Assembly: GCA_963714275.1 (NCBI GenBank)
Contig: CAVQNT010000006.1
Location: 320,001 to 384,000, forward strand
DNA from: Candidatus Bathyarchaeota archaeon
GTDB lineage: Archaea; Thermoproteota; Bathyarchaeia; Bathyarchaeales; DTEX01
DNA: 64,000 nt
Direction of reading: 5' to 3'
The notes under the pieces: generated by a model
Seen by the model: the letters and a program-made list of their open reading frames with translations, nothing else
Database searches by the model: none
Told to the model about the DNA's origin: nothing
Translations under genes and position numbers: made by a program
In this document: positions 57,131-64,000 of the stretch, piece by piece
How the letters are laid out: the number at the start of each line of letters is the position of its first letter
Position numbering within the stretch: position 1 is the first letter of the stretch

Positions 57131-58513
57131 ATGTTAAAAAATACCTCCATCTACAATTTTAAAAGCATACAAAAAATAGAAACCTTGGAGCTTAAACCTT
57201 TAACTATACTAACGGGTGTCAACTCGTCAGGAAAAAGCAACATATTAGAAGCTTTATCTTTTTTTGCTCAAGCATCGCGATTTCGTGAAGTTTTTCCCGA
57301 TCGTAGACCAACCATGGAAGCTGTTTTTGTGGATAGTGAAATGAAAAGGTATCCGATCGAGATAGGAAAATTCATTGTCTTCAAGGGGAATGCAAATAAC
57401 TCGGTGACACTGGAAATTTCCACTGGATTGATTGATCCACTTGCTGACTATATTGGAGAGAAATTAGAAACAATCAAGAAAGCAGTTATTGTTTTCCCTA
57501 AAGGAATTACTAGAATAATTCAAAAATCATTACTCGAGACAGTCGGCTATTCTATCTCATTTAAACTATCTACCCCAATATCTTATTCACAAAGAATTTT
57601 AATTAATGGAGATACATTAATCGAAATAAATCAAATCTTGGGGGAAACTCCTGCCAGAGTAATTTTTCCTAAGGGTTTTGAGCAAACACAAGTTTTGTCT
57701 CAATTGAATGAGGTTTTCAATACTGAAGTATTTAGGCTACAAAAAGCTGATCCTCAAATTGATTTATTTGAGCTCACTGTTCTTTTTGATATTGCTCGTT
57801 CAATCCTTGAATATATCAAAAGTATTGCAGAAAAAATCTATTTCATATCTGGAGAAAGAGGTCAAATAAACGCAGAGGAGCGTATTAGGGATGACCAACG
57901 AGGGTTTCCACCATCTTGGATAGGTTTTAAAGGTCAACACTTAATGGAAATTCTATCTCGTTGTCATATACGCGACCCTGAGAAGTTCAGAAGAATTCAA
58001 GAATGGGGAGAGAAATTTCAGCTCTCTAATATCAGAGCAGGCTATACGGAAAGGAACATACTCGAATCCCAGTTTCTTGACGATACTATAGGAGTTAGCT
58101 TAAATTCTGCTTTGGCAGGACTTGGCTCTAGACAAATTTTATCAGTAATCACTCAGATCTTTTGGTCTGAACCAGATAGTCTTATCATGATAGAAGAACC
58201 CGAAATTAGTCTTCATCCGAAGAACCAAGTATTGCTACACGAATTGTTTGCTGAAGCAATCTCAGAAGGAAAACAGATCATTTGTTCAACACATAGCCCA
58301 TTCTTTATACTAGCCTTATCGAAGATAATTAAGAAAAAGCTACTGAATCTTGATGACGTTGCTGTATATCATATAAAGAAGGATTCCAAAGGAACATGTG
58401 TCGAACCAATGTCATTAAACAAACATGGATTCATAAAAAAGGGAGTACCTAACTTCATGGAAGTTGAAGAGGATTTATTCAAGGATTGGTCTGAAACTCT
58501 AGAGGAAAAGTAA
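57131..58513 (+). CDS. AAA_15/AAA_21 (ABC-class) ATPase, defence-associated type
   Basis: NFKSI, GVNSSGKS, GLGSRQ, IEEPEISLHP, STHS. Confidence 0.88.
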   Translation: MLKNTSIYNFKSIQKIETLELKPLTILTGVNSSGKSNILEALSFFAQASRFREVFPDRRPTMEAVFVDSEMKRYPIEIGKFIVFKGNANNSVTLEISTGLIDPLADYIGEKLETIKKAVIVFPKGITRIIQKSLLETVGYSISFKLSTPISYSQRILINGDTLIEINQILGETPARVIFPKGFEQTQVLSQLNEVFNTEVFRLQKADPQIDLFELTVLFDIARSILEYIKSIAEKIYFISGERGQINAEERIRDDQRGFPPSWIGFKGQHLMEILSRCHIRDPEKFRRIQEWGEKFQLSNIRAGYTERNILESQFLDDTIGVSLNSALAGLGSRQILSVITQIFWSEPDSLIMIEEPEISLHPKNQVLLHELFAEAISEGKQIICSTHSPFFILALSKIIKKKLLNLDDVAVYHIKKDSKGTCVEPMSLNKHGFIKKGVPNFMEVEEDLFKDWSETLEEK

Positions 58514-58514
58514 C

Positions 58515-58890
58515 TTGTCCTATATTCTAATTGATACTTGTGTCTTCCTAAGATTGCCAGCTGATTATAGACAAGCGTTCGAATGTTTCATGGTAACTTC
58601 CGATGTGATTGCTATAACGAAGGGGATTCTTAATGAGTATAAGTCTCGAGCATATACAAGCAAAATAATCCTACAAGCGTTTTTTCAAGCATTGGAGGCA
58701 AAGGACAAACTGAAATTCTTCAATCGAAGCTATATTGAATCTCGTATAAATCGATATCATAGAACCGTAAATTATCCTGTCCATAAACGCGATAAAAAAT
58801 GGATCAATGTAGCCATTGCAATTAAAAGCTACTTACATCATAAGTACTAACAGTCATCTACTAGATATTTCTCCAATTAAGATTAATGAA
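58515..58890 (+). CDS. PIN-domain nuclease partner of the ATPase
   Basis: ILIDTCVF...EY...DKKWINVA; end probably frameshifted. Confidence 0.6.
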
Positions 58891-59292
58891 AAATTCGTGG
58901 AGACAGTTTTGCCTTCTCAATATACTGAAATACGTTGTCCTAGCTCCTAACTTGTCTACATACACAAAGTTGGGTATCTTATATTCTCGTGTATGTGTCT
59001 GTCTCTCTCTGTGTGCACTGTGTGTCACTCTGTATAGTGTGAGAGAGAGCGCGATAGCGCGTGAGAACGTTATTGCGTGCGTGTGCGGGAGCAAGGGGAA
59101 AAAGGTTAAAATTTAATCCCTAAGCCTAAACTCTCTACAAAACCAGCGAAGCATAAATCATGTGATTTTACGGTTGTATGTCCATCAGCTATAAAAATCT
59201 AAAAACACAAAATTCTCTTCAGTCATTTTTATGGGTCAAACATTCTGAACCTATTTGAAGAGTTCATATGTTGAAATTAAATAGTTTCCAGA

Positions 59293-59583
59293 TTGTATAT
59301 ACACTGTATATACAGTTTAAGGAGAAACAAAAAAATAAGGCAGGTTTTCAGCATAAGAATCAACCCGGAAGTGTGGATGGCAGCCCATAAAAAAGGCTTA
59401 AATATCAGCCAGATTTGTGAACAGACCCTGAAAACAGCAGTTCAAAAGGGAGGAAACCTCGGAACCGTAGGTTCTGGATGGTGGACTGGGGGGGATTTGA
59501 ACCCCCGACCTCCTGAGTGCAAGTCAGGCGTTCATGCCAGGCTGAACTACCAGCCCAGTGCGTGTAACAGTTTCTGTCATTAA
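59293..59583 (+). CDS. RHH/CcdA-antitoxin-like ORF running antisense into tRNA-Ala (possible Int(N) fragment)
   Basis: FSIRINPEVWMAAHKKGLNISQICEQTL; 3' part is the antisense translation of the tRNA. Confidence 0.45.
   Translation: MYIHCIYSLRRNKKIRQVFSIRINPEVWMAAHKKGLNISQICEQTLKTAVQKGGNLGTVGSGWWTGGDLNPRPPECKSGVHARLNYQPSACNSFCH
59479..59556 (-). tRNA. tRNA-Ala(TGC), CCA encoded
   Basis: GGGCTGG/CCAGTCC acceptor with G-U, anticodon arm CCTGA-CTTGCAC-TCAGG, GTTCAAATC T-loop. Confidence 0.95.
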
Positions 59584-59660
59584 AGGCTGAAACGGGCTAT
59601 TTTAGGTTTTATGATGGTGTGCGCGAAAAGTTTTTTATGCTACATTAGACAGTCTCGTTC

Positions 59661-60728
59661 TTGGTGTTTAGTGTGAAGGCGAAGAAGATTTTTTTCCCAC
59701 AGCCCCAACGGGCGGAAATCGTTGAGTACGAACTGGACGAGGCTCCGGGCGAGTATGAGCTGCTTGTGCAAACCTTGTATTCGATTGTGAGCTCTGGAAC
59801 GGAAGGAGCAAACTTCGCTAGATACGACCTTGAAAGCATAGACAGCAACTCGTGGATGAAGAATCCTGGCTACGGAAACGTGGGCAAAGTCTTAGCCATC
59901 GGAAAAAAAGTTAAGGATTTCAAGGTAGGCGACCTCGTGTTCAGCACCGAAAGACACTGTTCCAACTACATGATTGACACGCGATACGATCCTTCGAGGT
60001 ATTCACTTTTCATGACAAAGGTTCCCGAACAGTTGGACCCCCTGAAGGCTGTTTTTGCCCGTATCGTGGATGTTTCCATGAGTGCAATCCGCCAAGCAGA
60101 CCTCGGGATGGGAGACACCGTTCTCGTAATAGGACTCGGTATGGTCGGGAACTTCGCCACCCAACTGTTTCAGCTGGCTGGAGCAGACGTTTTAGCCGTT
60201 GACCTCGTTGATTTTCGCATTGAATGTGCAAAACAGTGCAGCATAAAAAAGACCATGAATTCGCGGAATTGGGACGATCTGAAAAAGGCGGTGATGGAGT
60301 GGACGGACGGTAAGGGAGCCCAAATCGTGGTCGAAGCCATAGGCTACTCGCCTGTTATCGCTAAGGCAGTGGGTTTCGCACGTTCTCATGGTGAAGTCAT
60401 ACTTCTCGGCAGCCCACGAGGCGAAGCGGTGATGGATGTGACTCCAATGCTTTCCGACGTTCACCTTCGGCACGTGACGATTAAGGGCGGGTTGGAGTGG
60501 CTGTGGTCGGTTCCTGAAAGTCCGCTTTATCATCCAAGCCGATTTACGAAAATGGGCAACTTGAAGCTGATTTTCTCTTACCTCAAGTCTGGAGCTCTCG
60601 TCACGGAACCTCTTTTGACCCACATTGTTCCACCTGAAAAGTGCCAAGAAGTCTATGAAGGATTAGCGGGAGGCATAAAAGGAACCCTGAAAACCACGTA
60701 CCTAGGCGTGGTCTACGATTGGACTTAG
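59661..60728 (+). CDS. MDR-family (zinc-binding type) alcohol dehydrogenase
   Basis: SSGTE, PGYGNVG, GLGMVG, EAIG. Confidence 0.88.
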   Translation: MVFSVKAKKIFFPQPQRAEIVEYELDEAPGEYELLVQTLYSIVSSGTEGANFARYDLESIDSNSWMKNPGYGNVGKVLAIGKKVKDFKVGDLVFSTERHCSNYMIDTRYDPSRYSLFMTKVPEQLDPLKAVFARIVDVSMSAIRQADLGMGDTVLVIGLGMVGNFATQLFQLAGADVLAVDLVDFRIECAKQCSIKKTMNSRNWDDLKKAVMEWTDGKGAQIVVEAIGYSPVIAKAVGFARSHGEVILLGSPRGEAVMDVTPMLSDVHLRHVTIKGGLEWLWSVPESPLYHPSRFTKMGNLKLIFSYLKSGALVTEPLLTHIVPPEKCQEVYEGLAGGIKGTLKTTYLGVVYDWT

Positions 60729-60774
60729 GTTTCAACTCATTGCCCACATTTTTTTTGGAGAAAACAAGCTGAAA

Positions 60775-61630
60775 ATGTCGCAAAGTTCAACAGACAAAGA
60801 GCTAACAGCTTGTCTGAAAAAGGTTTTTTCGAGCATCAATTGGGACATGGATAGTTTAGAGCCTTTCCTCAAAGCCGTAGGCATAATGAATCCAAACGGA
60901 AAGCTGTATGCGGAACGGGAAAAAAAGTTATACGAAGTCATCTACTTTTCAAGCCACATTGCCTTATGCGTTGACAAAATTTCGCGAAAGCGAGACACGG
61001 TTATGTTGGACTGCGGCTGCGGACGCTCATACCTTCCGTTCTTCCTGAATTATGTTCTAAAGGAAAAACGGAGAAACGTATCGTACATGGGTGTCGACGC
61101 AAACGCAAAGCTTGTTGAAAAGTCGGTTCAAACAGCAAAAGTCCTAGGCTATATAAATATGGAATTTTTTAAAAGCAGCATAATCGGGTTCGAACCGAAA
61201 CAAGAACCAAACATCGTGTGTGCACTTCACGCGTGCGACACTGCTACTGACGAAGCTATAACTAAAGGCGTAGAACTGAACGCAAGGTTCATCGTCGCCG
61301 CGCCTTGTTGTCAACGCCAAATCGTTAGGCAGCTGAAATAATGTCTCAGAAAAGGTTCCGCAAATAAAACCGTTTGTCGACTCAAAGATTTCTAAAGAGT
61401 ACGTTGGCGTCGCTCTCACCGAAACATTAAGGAAACTCGCGCTTGAAGGCTTCGGCTACAAAGTGGACATGTTCGAATTCGTGTCCATGCAGTACACTCC
61501 CAAAAATATCATGCTTCGCGCAGAAAAAATCCGAGGATGGAACGCTGCAGTTTTAAAAGAATTCCAAGACCTTAGAGACTACTTCAACCTTAAACCAAAA
61601 ATCCAAGAATATCTGCCCCAACTAAAATAA
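60775..61630 (+). CDS. SAM-dependent methyltransferase (Methyltransf_32-like), frameshifted
   Basis: DCGCGRSYL, ALHACDTATD and APCC; HTPKN-like motif in a downstream frame. Confidence 0.85.
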
Positions 61631-61650
61631 ATAGAGACCATTTCGATGGA

Positions 61651-61753
61651 GGCCGCTGCTGGGATTTGAACCCAGCCTCCAGGCTCCACAGGCCTGTTCG
61701 CTACCAGGTTCCGTGGAATTTTGCTTAAGATTTTCCTCTACGTTACAGCGGCC
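61651..61753 (-). tRNA. tRNA-His(GTG) with encoded G-1 and a 29-nt intron at 15/16 (61709-61737)
   Basis: GCCGCTG/CAGCGGC acceptor, C73, anticodon arm CAGGC-CTGTGGA-GCCTG; removing the intron restores the D-loop AGCCTGGTA. Confidence 0.9.
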
Positions 61754-61840
61754 ACATACTACTTTCAGTTTAACTTGGTTGTGTATTCCAGATGTTAGCC
61801 TTTAATATCAATGTTGATTATATAGGTTTGGCGGTTTTGG

Positions 61841-62299
61841 ATGAGCGAGGTTTCCGAGGCTGAGATTGAGTCCCAGCTTAAGGGAAAAACCCTTCTAGTC
61901 TACTGGTTTCTGCTTAAATCTCATGAGTCGCCGGTCGGCGTCCGCGAGATTCAGCGTGGACTTGGGTTTTCGAGCCCCAGCGTTTCCGCTCATCATTTGA
62001 ACAAGCTTCATTCTTTAGGATTGGTCGAAAAGACGATTCAGGGAGAGTACATTCTGGCACGCGAGGTAAAAGTCGGCGTGTTAAGATTTTTTACGAGATT
62101 TGGGAAGTTCATGGTTCCCCGTTACCTTTTCTACTCAGTGTGGTTCTCCACGATGTTTCTGGTTTATCTGATTCTCTGTTTCACATTGTACGGTTACAGC
62201 GGCAGCATACATAACCTCGTAGCCATCATTTTCGGATTTGCTGCGTGCGCTATATTGTGGTACGAGACGGTCAGGCTGTGGAAAGAAAAACCTGCGTAA
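61841..62299 (+). CDS. HTH protein with two C-terminal TM helices
   Basis: GVREIQRGLGFSSPSVSAHHLNKL plus hydrophobic C-terminus. Confidence 0.8.
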   Translation: MSEVSEAEIESQLKGKTLLVYWFLLKSHESPVGVREIQRGLGFSSPSVSAHHLNKLHSLGLVEKTIQGEYILAREVKVGVLRFFTRFGKFMVPRYLFYSVWFSTMFLVYLILCFTLYGYSGSIHNLVAIIFGFAACAILWYETVRLWKEKPA

Positions 62300-62367
62300 A
62301 ACTAATCCGAAACATTATATCTTTAGATTCCCATTTTGCTGTCAGAACGAAAAGAAGGTTGATTTGA

Positions 62368-63153
62368 ATGAAGTTGTCTGTTCAAGAAAACCTTGTTCCC
62401 GGAAAAACCATTCCTGAAAAACTCCGCAGCATCGAAAAGTATGGATACGAAGGAGTCGAAGTTAGCTGCGGCGTGATGCCCCAAAAATTCGATGAAATAA
62501 AAAAATCGTTGCCTTCCTCAAAGATTAAGTTCTCAACTGTGTGCGGAACACCAAACGGTCTCCTCGGACCGGACAGAAAAACGCGTGAAGCAGCGATAGA
62601 AGGAACGAAAAGTCTGCTAAAAATGTGCGCTGACCTTGACGGCGTAGGTGTCATATGCGCCCCGATTTTTGGAGGTCCCCAAATATCGGACTTGTATCCT
62701 TGGCAGCCCGATGTTAGGCAGCTCGAGAAAAACATTCTCGTGGAAGAGTTCAAGATTCTAGGCAAGACCGCTGACGACTTAGGCGTCTACTTGATGTTGG
62801 AGCCGCTCAACCGTTACGAAACCCACCTCGTCAACAGGCTTGAACAGGCAGTCGAAATAATCGGAGAAGTTAACAGGGAACATGTCCAGATTATGGCGGA
62901 CTTCTTTCACATGAGCATCGAGGAAGCGGACATCACCTCCAGCATAGAAGCAACCTCAAACCACATTATCCACATTCACCTCGCGGACAGCAACAGGCTG
63001 CTTCCAGGACACGGACATACAGATTTCGAAAAACCGTTTCAAGCCCTCAAGAAGGCTGAATTCAAATATTATATGGCTTTGGAATGCGGTGTCCCCGGAG
63101 ACCCTAATATAACTTTGCCTGAATGCACAAAATTCCTTAGGCGCTTCATGTAA
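62368..63153 (+). CDS. Sugar phosphate isomerase/epimerase (AP endonuclease 2 TIM barrel)
   Basis: LEPLNRYE, DFFHMSIEE, HIHLADSNR..PG.GH. Confidence 0.9.
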   Translation: MKLSVQENLVPGKTIPEKLRSIEKYGYEGVEVSCGVMPQKFDEIKKSLPSSKIKFSTVCGTPNGLLGPDRKTREAAIEGTKSLLKMCADLDGVGVICAPIFGGPQISDLYPWQPDVRQLEKNILVEEFKILGKTADDLGVYLMLEPLNRYETHLVNRLEQAVEIIGEVNREHVQIMADFFHMSIEEADITSSIEATSNHIIHIHLADSNRLLPGHGHTDFEKPFQALKKAEFKYYMALECGVPGDPNITLPECTKFLRRFM

Positions 63154-63170
63154 AGTTATGGAGGAATGAC

Positions 63171-64000
63171 GTGGTGGCTGACAAACTTCGAGTCGGATTC
63201 GTGGGTTGCGGAGGAATCGCTGAATCTCATCTCAAAGGACTCGTCAACAACCCGTTTGTGATGCTTTCAGCGTTTTGCGACGTTAACCTTGAACGAGCTA
63301 AAACCGTGGCACAAAAATACGACCAAGGAGCATCAGTCTACAATAACGCAGAAGCCATGTTCAACGCAGTCGAGCTTGATGTTGCATATTTCTGTGTGCC
63401 ACCCTTCGCTCACGGCGTAGAATATAAGGCGATTGAACGCAGCATTCCGTTTTTTGTTGAGAAACCCCTTCACTTGGACCTTAATCAGGCGAAACTCATC
63501 GCTTCCGCGGCAGCAAAAAAAGGGATTCTTACAAGCGTTGGCTACATGAACCGTTACCGAAAAGGCGTGCAGAGAGTCCGAGATGTGCTTAAAGAGGACC
63601 CACCGATTCTTCTGCTCGGGGGCTGGATAAGCGGTTCACCAAAATTCGATTCTTCTGCTCCAATTTTTGGCTGGTGGGTCGAAAAAACCAAAAGCGGAGG
63701 ACAAATTCACGAGCAGGTGACGCACACGTTTGACCTTGCACGTTTCTTCTGCGGAGAAGTCTCGGAGGTTCATGCCTTTCCCGCTAAGGGCTTCAACAAG
63801 GGAACGCCACCAAACTACACAATCGAGGACGCAAGTGTGGTTAACCTGAAATTCCGCAACGGAGCAGTCGGCAACCTTTGGGCTTCATGCTCAACCAACG
63901 CTGGAGACGGCGAAATTAGTTTAAGGATTTTCGCTTTTAGGACGACTGCTTTGTTTACGAAGTGGGAGCACAACCTGAGGCTGCTTCAGGTGGACAAGTG
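63171..64000 (+). CDS. Gfo/Idh/MocA oxidoreductase (runs off the window)
   Basis: Manual translation: LRVGFVGCGGIA, FVEKP, VGYMNRY, SGGQIHEQVTH. Confidence 0.88.
   Translation, partial: MVADKLRVGFVGCGGIAESHLKGLVNNPFVMLSAFCDVNLERAKTVAQKYDQGASVYNNAEAMFNAVELDVAYFCVPPFAHGVEYKAIERSIPFFVEKPLHLDLNQAKLIASAAAKKGILTSVGYMNRYRKGVQRVRDVLKEDPPILLLGGWISGSPKFDSSAPIFGWWVEKTKSGGQIHEQVTHTFDLARFFCGEVSEVHAFPAKGFNKGTPPNYTIEDASVVNLKFRNGAVGNLWASCSTNAGDGEISLRIFAFRTTALFTKWEHNLRLLQVDK

Noticed and set aside
58861-59116. ORFs 58861-59094 (-) and 58886-59116 (+)
   Set aside because: They are translations of the dinucleotide-repeat tract and are unlikely to be coding.
858-61630. Mass pseudogenisation suggested by dozens of frameshifts
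   Set aside because: Breaks hit viral, cargo, R-M and host genes alike, are mostly single-base indels often in homopolymers, and leave catalytic motifs intact. This fits long-read error better, so provirus integrity cannot be judged.
873-62765. Many antisense or alternative-frame ORFs in the track (e.g. 873-1355, 4113-4511, 15709-16260, 24313-24867, 53987-54478, 62382-62765)
   Set aside because: They are shadows of well-supported genes and carry no recognisable motifs.

Overview
Archaeal chromosomal window. The family mix, a D-loop tRNA intron and a Zn-ribbon tyrosine integrase suggest Bathyarchaeia, but this is inference. About 1-50.3 kb is a head-tail (Caudoviricetes-like) provirus or composite island whose left end lies outside the window. 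Its head module (0.9-6.4 kb) has a portal, a DUF2213-type protease, a scaffold, a decoration protein and an encapsulin (Linocin_M18)-like major capsid protein. An ~11-kb cargo block follows (OsmC, PadR/ABC exporter, CcdA/redoxin, and an arsR-acr3-arsM locus with a divergent Cys-rich/GcvH/DGC/DGC/OsmC operon). The neck/tail module (17.7-28.9 kb) includes a likely -1 frameshifted tail chaperone. Next come terminase, a DNA MTase and an ABC-ATPase/GNAT gene (28.9-32.7 kb), then a type I R-M system linked to a second MTase, a MORC-like histidine kinase and a receiver protein (32.8-42.9 kb), small regulators and an integrase. Host sugar and cofactor genes follow, then a small AAA-ATPase/PIN islet at the 3' end of tRNA-Ala(TGC), and tRNA-His(GTG) with a 15/16 intron. 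Frameshifts are pervasive in both viral and host genes and are most likely sequencing errors, so many coordinates are reconstructed by joining frames. The most interesting observation concerns the scaffold of the encapsulin-like capsid. It ends in LTVGDLS, which resembles encapsulin cargo-loading peptides, and an unlinked orphan ORF at 56.7 kb in the defence-like islet carries two copies of the same motif.
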